Position numbers and translations under genes: made by a program. A DNA stretch of 64,000 bases, taken from NCBI GenBank assembly GCA_016786705.1, contig JAEUVV010000002.1, positions 50,106 to 114,105 on the forward strand. The letters are read 5' to 3'. Under the pieces are notes generated by a model that was not told the DNA's origin, did not search any database, and saw only the letters and a list, made by a program, of their open reading frames with translations. The DNA comes from Taibaiella sp. GTDB lineage: Bacteria > Bacteroidota > Bacteroidia > Chitinophagales > Chitinophagaceae. The first letter of the stretch is position 1. Each line of letters starts with the position of its first letter. Positions 1-9,756 of the stretch are shown in pieces.

Positions 1-71
1 TGTTATTAACTACCAGCCGGTGCTGCATTATTAAAATGAGCTATTATTGATTAAATTCGCAACCTTCGATC

Positions 72-845
72 ATGCTAAAAAGTAACCTGACGTTCTTTAT
101 GCTGCTCCTCTCCTATTTTGCTTTTAGTCAATCAGGGAAGCCCTTTGATAACCATAACCCGAAGCTCGACGAGGCGGAAGCGCAATGGTTAAATGAACAT
201 GTGACAGCATCCGACTTTGATTTCAATGGTAAAACAATTGATTTTATTCATGTGGTACCCGCGTTATTTGGTATCGGGCAAGATTATTATCATAACAATA
301 AAAAAATGTTGCTGAGCACCAAGGCCAGGGAATATCTTTTGAAAGTAATTGTACTGGAAAGCAGCGAAAAAGCCACAACAAAAGGTTATGATGCGCTGCT
401 TGTATTTTCCCTGAAAAAACATCAGAAAAAATTTAAGAACAGCAACAAAGCCGAAGCATTAGCATTTTCGCGCAACCGTTATCCCCAGATACCGGAAGGC
501 GCCGGTACTGATAACAATAACCAATTATCCCTGGTGAATGCTACTTTCTTCAATCGGTTGTATGCACATGATCCTTACCTGGAACATTTTGATTTTACGA
601 ATAAAAAAGTACTGCTCGTTGAAACTGACTATTGGGGTGGAATTCTTAAATTTATAAACATTAGTCAATACGTACAGCAGGTAAAAAATGAACTATACAG
701 ATTGCCTGTGTTCCACCCCGGGGATGCGTATGTGCTCAACGAAGCACAGCGAAAACAAAGCGGTTATGATGTAGTCTTGAATATCCGCAATACTAAGAAA
801 GGGATAGACATCGATAAATTATTCAAATTCCTGGACCAAAAGTGA
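72..845 (+). CDS. Secreted hypothetical protein with two tandem copies of an uncharacterised domain
   Basis: 257-aa ORF with signal peptide; motifs L..(E/N)...(L/F)N, FDF..K and GYD occur twice; similar to 49036..49524. Confidence 0.8.
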   Translation: MLKSNLTFFMLLLSYFAFSQSGKPFDNHNPKLDEAEAQWLNEHVTASDFDFNGKTIDFIHVVPALFGIGQDYYHNNKKMLLSTKAREYLLKVIVLESSEKATTKGYDALLVFSLKKHQKKFKNSNKAEALAFSRNRYPQIPEGAGTDNNNQLSLVNATFFNRLYAHDPYLEHFDFTNKKVLLVETDYWGGILKFINISQYVQQVKNELYRLPVFHPGDAYVLNEAQRKQSGYDVVLNIRNTKKGIDIDKLFKFLDQK

Positions 846-894
846 AGGACTTTACCTGACATCTAAACTTTGTAATAATTTTATAATACTCCGC

Positions 895-933
895 CAAAAG
901 CACAGTCCACAAGCATCCCGGGATGTGCTTTTG
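895..933 (+). terminator. Probable intrinsic terminator
   Basis: caaaagcaca...tgtgcttttg inverted repeat downstream of 72..845. Confidence 0.5.
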
Positions 934-1017
934 TTATTTCCGGCAACCTGACTAAGCCCTTCTATTGATTACTTTAAGATATTTTCAGTAAATTGGCTTA
1001 AGCCAAAATAACGGAAT

Positions 1018-2523
1018 ATGAATATAGTAGTACGAAAATTAAGACTGGAAGATTACGAGGGGTTAAAACAATCCATGATAGAAGCATATGGCAATGTAGG
1101 TGGCTACTGGCATAAAAGCTCGATCAACAAACTGATTGAAGTGTTTCCTGAAGGACAGTTCTGCGTGGAAGTAGACGGAAAAGTAGCGGCCTGTGCCCTA
1201 TCCATCGTGGTCTTGTATGAATTATATGGCAACGACCATACTTACCAGGAGATCACCGGGGATTTTTCTTTTGATACCCATACCGATGACGGCGATATCC
1301 TTTACGGCATCGAAGTATTTGTAGGGCCGGAGTACCGGGACCTACGCCTGGGCAGAAGACTATATGACGCCCGCAAAGAGCTTTGTGAAAAGCTGAATTT
1401 AAAAGGTATCATCATAGGTGGCAGGCTACCTAATTACCATAAATATAGCGCTGAACTCTCCCCCAGGGATTACATCAACAAGGTACGCGCTAAAGAGATC
1501 CATGACCCCGTATTAAACTTCCAGCTGGCCAATAATTTCCACGTGATCCGGGTATTGAAAAATTACCTGAAAGGAGATACCCAATCGGAAGAGTACGCGG
1601 CACTGTTGCAATGGAACAATATATACTATTCCCGTAAAAAGAATGCCATGACCGACAGCATCATCCGGTTGGGACTGGTACAATGGCAGATGCGGCCGTT
1701 TAAAGACATTGCCGCCTTTTTTGAGCAATGCCTTTTCTTTATTGACGTACTGGCTGATTACAAATCAGATTTCGTCATGTTCCCCGAATTCTTCAACACA
1801 CCTTTACTCTCCGCCTACAATCACCTGCCGGAGCATGAGGCCATGCGCGCACTATCGGAGCATACGGAAGCGATAAAATCAAAGCTTTCTGAATATGCGA
1901 TTGCCTATAATGTAAATATTATTTCGGGAAGTATGCCCTATGTAGAAGCGGGCTTACTATATAATGTATCTTATGTGCTGCACCGGAACGGGAAAATAAG
2001 TGAATACCGGAAAATTCATATCACCCCGAATGAAAAGAAATATTACGGTATCACCGGTGGCGATAAGATCCGGGTGATTGATACCGATTGTGGTAAAATA
2101 GGGGTACTTATCTGCTACGATGTAGAGTTCCCGGAACTCTCCCGGTTACTGGCCGACCAGGGCATGAAGCTGCTCTTTGTCCCCTATCTCACCGATACCC
2201 AGAATGCTTATACACGGGTAAGAGCCTGTGCACAGGCCCGCGCGATCGAAAATGAGTGTTACGTAGCCATTACAGGTTGTGTGGGCAACCTGCCCGGTGT
2301 CAGCAATATGGATATACAGTTTGGCCAGGCAGCCGTTTTTACCCCTTCCGATTTTGCGTTCCCGGTCAATGCGACCAAGGCCGAAGCCACCCCGAATACG
2401 GAAATGACCATTATCGTGGACGTAGATCTCAACCTCTTAAAAGACCTGCACTACAATGGTTCCGTCCGTACGATGACCGACCGTAGAAAAGACCTGTACG
2501 AGTTAAAACTAAAAAACAAATAA
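1018..2523 (+). CDS. Bifunctional GNAT acetyltransferase / carbon-nitrogen hydrolase (nitrilase family)
   Basis: N-terminal GNAT (EVFVGPEYRDLRLGRRL); C-terminal nitrilase triad FPEFF, YRKIH, ICYDVEF. Confidence 0.92.
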   Translation: MNIVVRKLRLEDYEGLKQSMIEAYGNVGGYWHKSSINKLIEVFPEGQFCVEVDGKVAACALSIVVLYELYGNDHTYQEITGDFSFDTHTDDGDILYGIEVFVGPEYRDLRLGRRLYDARKELCEKLNLKGIIIGGRLPNYHKYSAELSPRDYINKVRAKEIHDPVLNFQLANNFHVIRVLKNYLKGDTQSEEYAALLQWNNIYYSRKKNAMTDSIIRLGLVQWQMRPFKDIAAFFEQCLFFIDVLADYKSDFVMFPEFFNTPLLSAYNHLPEHEAMRALSEHTEAIKSKLSEYAIAYNVNIISGSMPYVEAGLLYNVSYVLHRNGKISEYRKIHITPNEKKYYGITGGDKIRVIDTDCGKIGVLICYDVEFPELSRLLADQGMKLLFVPYLTDTQNAYTRVRACAQARAIENECYVAITGCVGNLPGVSNMDIQFGQAAVFTPSDFAFPVNATKAEATPNTEMTIIVDVDLNLLKDLHYNGSVRTMTDRRKDLYELKLKNK

Positions 2524-2590
2524 TACAATTTCATATTCATCTGCCAATTGCTTATATTTGAGACTTATCGAGAATATAAGCAATTGTTGT

Positions 2591-4087
2591 ATGAAGACTA
2601 CCCTATTTTTATTGATCCCTTCATTATTGTCAGGTATTGGCACATATGCGCAAACCTCCCAGGCTGAGGCGATCCCTTATGAAACATTCATAGCGCAAAA
2701 AGAAAAGTCGCGAAAATTCCGTGAGGAGCATACCCCGCTGGTAATGGCGCAGCGTTGCACCAATACCGCGACCTATACTAATAATGTAATCTCAGACACA
2801 ACCCGGCTTACTTATACCCATCCCAGGGGCTCCAATGCTTCTAAAAATGCCTTCAATATTGGAAGCGCGCCGGATACTATTTTCCGGATCGCGCTCAATA
2901 GCAACCAGGCTTCTGTTAAGGAGATCAATGAATACGATGCGGCTAACAAGCACATTGCTTCAACTTATTTCCTCTATGGTCAGCAAGTAGGCACTACATC
3001 CAACCAGTACCACAGTAACGGCACTTTGCAGCAACAAGAATATGACTATGATGATGGTACCGATCTGAAATTATACCGCAAATCGATACGTAATAATGAA
3101 GGATTGCTGCTGTATGATACGACCTATCAGCATACCTATAACCAGCAAGCTTCAATGAATTACTTTGTTGCAGGCAAGTACGAGTATGATCAGCTCAACA
3201 GGGTAACGCAGTACAACAGCCATATGGCTTTTAATAATTACAATAATGTCCTTAAGTCCGTAACCAAACATTACTATGCGGGCAATAACACAAAACCTTT
3301 CCTGGACAGTATTTTCGATTATCTGCCTAACGGCAGCGTGCTTAAATCAGCCCGCAAGTTTTATTATCATCCTGATGGCAGAAACCTGATTGATACTGCA
3401 TTTACCGGAACAGGCAGCCCGGCAAACACCACACAATATACCTATAATGGCTCAATAGTCACTGCTGTACGCCGTTCCTATAACGGCAGCACCTGGTCCA
3501 ACACTTCCCGTAATATCTCTCTGAACAATAATGACGGGCTCCTGCTGTATAGCAGATCTTTTAACTGGATCACTACAAATAGCAGCTGGCAGCTTGTCTC
3601 TGAAGACAGCGCTTTTTATAATACAGCTGGTTACATGATCAGGTATCATAAACGCAATGCCAACAACCCTAATAATCTACTCCAGACAACACAACAACAT
3701 TTTATAGAGCGCAATAGTTATAACAATACTTATAAATGGACCGTTAAAAACTATAGTAACGGGGCAGTGAGTGACGAAACAACGAACCTGTATTACTTTG
3801 AAGATTATGATAATGGTTTAAGTCTAAAACCAGTTGCGCACAAGATCAGGGCCAATATATACCCTAACCCTGCGCAAAAAAGCTTAAAGGTCGATATTGA
3901 TGATCCACGGGCAACAAAGCTTAACCTCTCCATTTATGAACTAAGTGGCAAAACAATTTCCTGTTTTCCTGTTAAAGGGCCACAGCAAACCCTTGATATA
4001 AGCCATTTACCGGCCGGCACTTTTATATTTACCATCCAGGACAAGAATGGTACGCCTCTATTTTCACAAAAGTTTTTAAAACAATAA
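2591..4087 (+). CDS. T9SS type A CTD-bearing secreted protein with YD-like Tyr-rich repeats
   Basis: Signal peptide MKTTLFLL...YAQ (ORF track starts at 2558); C-terminal IYPNPA...LSIYELSG...LPAGTF...KFLKQ. Confidence 0.85.
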   Translation: MKTTLFLLIPSLLSGIGTYAQTSQAEAIPYETFIAQKEKSRKFREEHTPLVMAQRCTNTATYTNNVISDTTRLTYTHPRGSNASKNAFNIGSAPDTIFRIALNSNQASVKEINEYDAANKHIASTYFLYGQQVGTTSNQYHSNGTLQQQEYDYDDGTDLKLYRKSIRNNEGLLLYDTTYQHTYNQQASMNYFVAGKYEYDQLNRVTQYNSHMAFNNYNNVLKSVTKHYYAGNNTKPFLDSIFDYLPNGSVLKSARKFYYHPDGRNLIDTAFTGTGSPANTTQYTYNGSIVTAVRRSYNGSTWSNTSRNISLNNNDGLLLYSRSFNWITTNSSWQLVSEDSAFYNTAGYMIRYHKRNANNPNNLLQTTQQHFIERNSYNNTYKWTVKNYSNGAVSDETTNLYYFEDYDNGLSLKPVAHKIRANIYPNPAQKSLKVDIDDPRATKLNLSIYELSGKTISCFPVKGPQQTLDISHLPAGTFIFTIQDKNGTPLFSQKFLKQ

Positions 4088-4118
4088 GTTATTTTGCTGA
4101 ACAACAAAACAATAGAAT

Positions 4119-4898
4119 ATGAGCATAGAACAGTCCGCCAAAACAAATCCCGTTCAATTTAAAGCATTACATCAAAAAAGCGAACCTTTGCTGATCGCCA
4201 ATGTATGGAATGCGCACTCCGCCAGCCTGGCGGAACAAGCAGGTTTTGCTGCTGTAGCTACATCCAGCCATGCCATTGCTAATGCCCTGGGGCATGAAGA
4301 TGGTGAGGAGATGAGTGTACAGGAGCTCCTGTTTATCGTAAAAAGAATTAAATCCGCGGTCAGGATCCCTGTATCCGTTGATTTTGAAGCCGGTTATTCC
4401 AATGACCCTATGGAAGTGGCCGAATATGTAAAACAACTATCAGACCTCGGTGTAGCCGGGATCAACCTGGAAGATGGTACCGTTCAGAACGGTAAAAGAC
4501 TTTTAGGCGATGCCGATCTCCTGGCCGAAAAAATCCGGGTCATTAAATCCACGATGGATATATTTATCAACGCGCGTGCAGATACCTTTACGACCAAGCA
4601 CCCAAATGCCCTGGAGGAATCTATCCGTCGTGCACAGCTTTACCAGGCAGCCGGCGCTGATGGTATCTTTGTGCCCCTGATCGAGCAGGAAGCAGATATC
4701 AAATCTTTCGTAGAAAAAGTAAGTTTGCCTTTAAATGTATTTACCACACCAGCCCTTCCTGATTATGCCCGCCTGGCGGCCCTGGGCGTAAAAAGGATCA
4801 GCCATGGTGCCAAACAGTATGAGCAGCTTATGAAAAAGTCGGAAGAGATCTTTGTCAACTATTTTAAAACGAAAAACTACGGTATAGTATTAGGATAA
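4119..4898 (+). CDS. Isocitrate lyase/PEP mutase family protein
   Basis: ANVWNAHSA, TSSHAIA, VDFEAGY, GINLEDG, FINARAD, AGADGIF motifs. Confidence 0.93.
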   Translation: MSIEQSAKTNPVQFKALHQKSEPLLIANVWNAHSASLAEQAGFAAVATSSHAIANALGHEDGEEMSVQELLFIVKRIKSAVRIPVSVDFEAGYSNDPMEVAEYVKQLSDLGVAGINLEDGTVQNGKRLLGDADLLAEKIRVIKSTMDIFINARADTFTTKHPNALEESIRRAQLYQAAGADGIFVPLIEQEADIKSFVEKVSLPLNVFTTPALPDYARLAALGVKRISHGAKQYEQLMKKSEEIFVNYFKTKNYGIVLG

Positions 4899-4919
4899 GC
4901 AATACCTACCACTAAACAG

Positions 4920-4950
4920 AAAGCGGGCAGATTGAACTGCCCGCTTTTTT
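4920..4950. terminator. Intrinsic terminator between convergent genes
   Basis: aaagcgggcag-attgaa-ctgcccgcttt followed by T-run. Confidence 0.85.
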
Positions 4951-4971
4951 ATTCCATATGATAGTGTGCTT

Positions 4972-6669
4972 TTACTGTTTAATGAACTTCTGGGTATATA
5001 GGCCATCTTTACCTGTAGCTTTCAGGAAGTAAACGCCCGGGGCCAACTGGTCAATAGCCAGGTAAGCCTTAGTTGTTTTTGGCTGCATCACTTCTTGTCC
5101 CAGTGAATTGACAATGATCACATTTTTGAACCCGCTCAATCCTTCTACAAACAATTTATCATTTGCGGGATTCGGGTAAACATTGATGGCTTTTTGCCCT
5201 TCGGTTTTGCGGATGCTTACTCCACTAGGGATCCTGCTTTTCGCTGTATTAGTTACAACAGCAGGGTTAATATCAAAATAAATGTGCGCGGTATTGTCAA
5301 TCTGTGTACCCGCGGCCAGGCCGGTTTTAGCATTGATCTGGTAAGTAACAAAACCTTTATTTTCATTCGGGGCGCTTGCATCAGCCAGCAGGATGTTGGC
5401 AAAATCAAATCTTAAAGTGCTCATCGGGCCATTCTCGATCATTTGCGCACTTACCGGGTGAGAGCTGGTGATGACTTTGAAAGTCGCCGGGTCAACGTAG
5501 GCGGATAAGGTATCCATGATATGAATATTAAAGGCCGTATCATTACCTAAATTTTCAAAGTGGATCGTGTAAGTTAACAGCTCACCCTGGGCAATTTCAC
5601 CGATCGGGTATACGTGTTTTTCATTCGGGTCAAATGAGGCGCGGATTGAATCTACCATCGGGTAAGTATTATTAGCCGGGTTTACATCACCGGTAGTTGG
5701 CGTGATGCTTACTGTATTCATTACTGTATCGCCTAAAGTCGGCGTACCTACTGCATTCAAGGTAAGCCAAATCATATCGGTGCTGGTATTAGAGATATTG
5801 TTTACGTTCCAGGTGATCGTATTGCCACTCACGCTGGCAGGAGTAATATTGGCACCAACAAATGAGTACTTAGGGCTAAGGTTCAGCGTAACTACACCAT
5901 TAGTACCGGTACAGGCACTATTTCTCGGATAAAGATAGAGGTAAGAGTTAGCAACCGGTCTGAAAAAGCCGGTACCCGTTACCGATAGATCGAATCCTGT
6001 TGCTGATGCATCACAATCAAAACCAAAATTGAATCCATCAAAGTTGGCATAATCCAGGGTATCAAATTTAAAGGTATAGGTGGGTGTAGGACAGGCCAGT
6101 ACCATACCGTTCGGTGCGCTTAACAGGTGCAGGGTAAATACAGAAGTAAGATCAGCGCCATTTATTTTTTTGTAAATATTACCGTTGGCGTGTATCGTAT
6201 CTACAGGAACACCTGCTTTACGCACCTCGATTGAAAAAGGTGTATTAATGATAGGTTCTGTGGTATAGTCCCAGGAACAGTTATTATCAGCACGCTTGTA
6301 GCCGGCGCCCTGTACTACAGAACAAAATGAATTGACTGTTTGATACATCGTATCTACTGCGGTAGTCCCGTCAAACAATACCCCCGCTACGGTATAAACA
6401 CCCACTGAAGAATAACCATGCGTGCCATTAAAATAACCCTGTCCATTACTATTAGCCAGGTTAGAGGTTCCATCTCCCCAATAAACTTCCACGCTGGTAT
6501 TCGCATTAGCATTATTTACTTGTGCATAAAAGTAAATAATGCTCAAGCCGGCAGCATTATAACAAGAGTCGCCAAATGTATGAAAGGCATTAAAGCTCGG
6601 CGCCTGGGCAAAGCCTCCAAATTTAGAAAGTAACAGTACCGTGAGTACCAGAATAAATTTTTTCAACAT
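4972..6669 (-). CDS. T9SS cargo: PKD-like plus DUF11/DUF7619-type domain plus type A CTD
   Basis: Signal peptide ending FAQ; VYWGDG PKD-like motif; SFDPNEK...YTIHFENLGNDTA; VYPNPA...KFIKQ CTD. Confidence 0.88.
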   Translation of the reverse strand: MLKKFILVLTVLLLSKFGGFAQAPSFNAFHTFGDSCYNAAGLSIIYFYAQVNNANANTSVEVYWGDGTSNLANSNGQGYFNGTHGYSSVGVYTVAGVLFDGTTAVDTMYQTVNSFCSVVQGAGYKRADNNCSWDYTTEPIINTPFSIEVRKAGVPVDTIHANGNIYKKINGADLTSVFTLHLLSAPNGMVLACPTPTYTFKFDTLDYANFDGFNFGFDCDASATGFDLSVTGTGFFRPVANSYLYLYPRNSACTGTNGVVTLNLSPKYSFVGANITPASVSGNTITWNVNNISNTSTDMIWLTLNAVGTPTLGDTVMNTVSITPTTGDVNPANNTYPMVDSIRASFDPNEKHVYPIGEIAQGELLTYTIHFENLGNDTAFNIHIMDTLSAYVDPATFKVITSSHPVSAQMIENGPMSTLRFDFANILLADASAPNENKGFVTYQINAKTGLAAGTQIDNTAHIYFDINPAVVTNTAKSRIPSGVSIRKTEGQKAINVYPNPANDKLFVEGLSGFKNVIIVNSLGQEVMQPKTTKAYLAIDQLAPGVYFLKATGKDGLYTQKFIKQ

Positions 6670-6732
6670 AATGTTTTAATTTAAGGGTTTAAGAAATAAA
6701 AGACAACCAGTAGTAAACTGCGTTTAAATAAA

Positions 6733-6759
6733 AGACGCAGTACCTGCGGTTTACCCTTA
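6733..6759 (-). promoter_or_regulatory. Putative ECF-sigma promoter TAAGG-N17-CGTCT
   Basis: Minus strand TAAGGGTAAACCGCAGGTACTGCGTCT about 65 nt upstream of 6669; CGTC is an ECF-type -10 element. Confidence 0.55.
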
Positions 6760-6838
6760 CTCAAATCTCACTTTTATTAAAATTATTTTCTAAACCTGTC
6801 CTCCTACTTTACAAATGCCAGGTCGTGCATAGGCCAGA

Positions 6839-8095
6839 TCAATTCCCGGACCGGAACAAGTACAAACGGAGGCCTACCTGGAAGCCAATCCAGGAACGGG
6901 TATAAGTACTCCTGTTGGATGAAAAATTTTCGGATAAATTAAATATCCTGGGAAACAAGCTAAAATTTTCTTCCACTAAGGGTACAGCGGCCGGGATAAA
7001 AGTATGAGGCGCCTGAATGACCTCATTATACAATATTTCCGTGCGGGAACGGTTAAAGCTCAGGCCCGAAAATAATTCCAGCCTGTTCCCAAGCTGCCAG
7101 TCCAGGTTGATGCCTGCCTTCCATACCTTACCGTTTAGCTTATAGGCGGCACTTCCTGTCACAGGGATTATTACTAATGAATCAGGGGGAGTACCTGTTA
7201 TACTGTCATATTGATAATTCAGCCGTTTGTCCAGGTTCGGGATCGCACCGTAATTGCCCCATAAAGAAATACGCAGGCTATTATTAATAGGTTTTGTATA
7301 GCTCAATCCAAAACGAAAATGAGACAGGTCACCCCGTATCGCATAATTCCCGCTAACAGATAGATTGCCCCAGTGTAAGCTCAGGCCGGGGTTCAGGTAA
7401 AAAACTTCATCGCCGGCAACATTAAAGGATAAGCCAAACTTCTGATACCAGTACTCACCAAGCGATGTAACTTCGGGATTATCCAGCCGATCCGTGTTTT
7501 CACTAATGCTTACCGTCTCTTTTTCCGGGGCAATCTTCCATTCGTACACAGAAATCAATTTACTATCAACCGTAAAAGTATCTGTAAAATCAGCAATGGT
7601 ATCCAGGGCCTCTAAAGGCAAAGCAGGCACCACTATAACCGGTGCTAAAGGTACTGCACTTCCGGACTTCGGTTTTAAGGGTTCCTCTGCTGCCAATATC
7701 CGCGTTTTAGCTTTCCTCTTTTTAGGGGTATGGCGTGCCAGCGCTTTTACCTCTTTCTGCAGAATAATGTGCTTACCGATAAACTTTGCCCGGATATGGT
7801 AGTTCTTGTTGAGCAAAACCGCCAGCTCTTTAGCGGTCATGCTTGATTTGGGTAAGCGCACCCGGGTTCTGCTTTTGATCTGTTGGGCATCATAAGAAAC
7901 AGAAATATCAGCCTGCTGCTGCATCAGTGTAGTCAGCTCATACACCGTGTAAGACTGCTTGGAAAAATTATAAGTATGGTTCAGTACTGCGCCTTGCCCC
8001 GCAGCTTTTGAGGAAACAAGCAACAACAATATCAGTACACTACAATATTGTTTAATTGGATGTAAAAATAATAGTATCCGTTGCACGCGCTTCAT
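6839..8095 (-). CDS. STN-domain outer-membrane protein with small C-terminal beta-barrel
   Basis: Signal peptide; STN-like N-domain (ISVSYDAQQIK...AKFIGKHIILQK); Pro-rich linker; alternating amphipathic strands ending FQVGLRLYLF. Confidence 0.7.
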   Translation of the reverse strand: MKRVQRILLFLHPIKQYCSVLILLLLVSSKAAGQGAVLNHTYNFSKQSYTVYELTTLMQQQADISVSYDAQQIKSRTRVRLPKSSMTAKELAVLLNKNYHIRAKFIGKHIILQKEVKALARHTPKKRKAKTRILAAEEPLKPKSGSAVPLAPVIVVPALPLEALDTIADFTDTFTVDSKLISVYEWKIAPEKETVSISENTDRLDNPEVTSLGEYWYQKFGLSFNVAGDEVFYLNPGLSLHWGNLSVSGNYAIRGDLSHFRFGLSYTKPINNSLRISLWGNYGAIPNLDKRLNYQYDSITGTPPDSLVIIPVTGSAAYKLNGKVWKAGINLDWQLGNRLELFSGLSFNRSRTEILYNEVIQAPHTFIPAAVPLVEENFSLFPRIFNLSENFSSNRSTYTRSWIGFQVGLRLYLFRSGN

Positions 8096-8975
8096 ATTTA
8101 ATGTCCAGAGTTTCCCTGATGATGTCCAGTACCTGGTCCAGGCTCAGGTCTTTACCTTTTAAGGTAAGCATTCTATCGGCAAGTATATGCTCCCCAATCT
8201 GCAGATCAGTATGGAAGTAGGTACCGATGCTGTCACATACCTGTTTTAAAGAATAATCTTTGTAATCAAAATCACCGGTAAGGGCTGTTTTCACAAAGCC
8301 GGAAGCTTTATTAAAAGTCAGCACTTCATTTTTTCCCACCAGTACCGTATCTTTTTGATACCAGGCAGCCACCATACCCCTGTATACCGTTATTTTTGCC
8401 AATCCGGCATCGCCTTCCACCAGGAATTTTGTACCTATGTCTTTTATATAGACCCCGGAAGGCAGCTCCAGGCGAAAGCCCGGGAAATCATTACTGAACG
8501 TAAACAAGGCATTGCCTTTAAGCGTAAAAGTTGTATCACCAGCTAAAATTTCTTCTTTTAAAAGAGCATCAGGCATCAGCCGGACTATTGCCCCCTCCTT
8601 GAGGTCAAATTGCTGGCTGGTTACCGAATAAGCAAAAACCCGGCTTTCACCTTTAGTAATCTTTCTATTTTGCCATAATACGATGCCAAGCACTAAAACC
8701 AGCATGGCGGCATAGGGCAACCACCTCAAAACTTTAGCTTTTTGTTTTACCGGGACCTGGTTATAGTTTGCTTTTCCGGCAAATTGTTGCCAGAGTTGGT
8801 CCATATCAGGGTTTTGATACTTATGATCTGCCGCCCAGATAGCCTTCAGCTCATTAAAAGATTGCTCATGCTCAGGCTGCTCCCTTCGCCATTCATCAAT
8901 ACGCAATGCCTCCCCGGGACTGGCCAGCCCCGAAAAATATTTAATCAGCAGATCCGTATTAACAGAATAGTTCAT
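8052..8975 (-). CDS. FecR family anti-sigma factor
   Basis: DLLIKYFSGLASPGEALRIDEW N-domain, one TM helix, LKGNALF, IKDIGTKF, VYRGMV, C-terminal F....LKQV..L..I. Confidence 0.9.
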   Translation of the reverse strand: MNYSVNTDLLIKYFSGLASPGEALRIDEWRREQPEHEQSFNELKAIWAADHKYQNPDMDQLWQQFAGKANYNQVPVKQKAKVLRWLPYAAMLVLVLGIVLWQNRKITKGESRVFAYSVTSQQFDLKEGAIVRLMPDALLKEEILAGDTTFTLKGNALFTFSNDFPGFRLELPSGVYIKDIGTKFLVEGDAGLAKITVYRGMVAAWYQKDTVLVGKNEVLTFNKASGFVKTALTGDFDYKDYSLKQVCDSIGTYFHTDLQIGEHILADRMLTLKGKDLSLDQVLDIIRETLDIKYEARATDTIIFTSN

Positions 8976-9507
8976 ATAACACTACTATTTGTATAAGACT
9001 CAGCTTATCCCTGTTTACCCTTATAAATTCCTGGATTATTTTTAAAGCTTTAGACATATGCGCCTCTACCGTTTTTACCGACAGACCCATTTCCACTGCT
9101 ATTTCCCTGTACTTTTTACCCCCGGCCCGGCTTTGCAGGAATACCTGCTTACACTGTTCCGGTAATTGCTCCAATACTTTATCAATAATCAGGCGCATAT
9201 CTGCACTTCTTTCCGCCTCAACTCTTTGTTCTTCAGCACTCATTTGTACCGCGCCCTCCTGTGCCGCAAATGCCGAATGCTTGTCTTCGGTAGCCCTTTT
9301 TCTTAACTGGCTTACCGCGGTATTATAAACGGTCCGGTATAAATAAGCCTTATCATAAGCGATGACTTTACCCGCTTCCAATTGATTATAATATTTCACA
9401 AAAGCATCCTGCACGACATCGGTCGACCATTCATGGTCTTCCAGGATCGTGAAGGCATAGCGATGCAGGTCCGGAAATAGTTGACGATATAATTGTTCGA
9501 AAGACAA
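8959..9507 (-). CDS. ECF RNA polymerase sigma-70 factor (FecI-like)
   Basis: DVVQDAF region 2; LPEQCKQVF...KYREIA..MGLSVKTVEAHMSKAL region 4; overlaps the fecR-like gene. Confidence 0.93.
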   Translation of the reverse strand: MSFEQLYRQLFPDLHRYAFTILEDHEWSTDVVQDAFVKYYNQLEAGKVIAYDKAYLYRTVYNTAVSQLRKRATEDKHSAFAAQEGAVQMSAEEQRVEAERSADMRLIIDKVLEQLPEQCKQVFLQSRAGGKKYREIAVEMGLSVKTVEAHMSKALKIIQEFIRVNRDKLSLIQIVVLYELFC

Positions 9508-9756
9508 TGAATTGCTTGGGAATTTCCGGAAAAATAGTAAAAAATACAGAAAGCCTCAAACATAAAGTATTAAGAAATAAATCCAATGGAAATATAAGCC
9601 TGACAAACACTACAATTCACTACATTGTGAAAATAAACCCTCATTTAGCCGGAACTTCAGCGTTCCGGTATCACCAGGTCCTGTTGAGATCCGGTTAGCG
9701 CGGAGCAATAAAGAAAACATGATTTATGCTTAAGCGACCTGCATTGAATACGATAT

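Noticed and set aside
9508-9756. ncRNA or 63-aa ORF upstream of the ECF sigma
   Set aside because: Only one short hairpin (9649-9668) and no family signature
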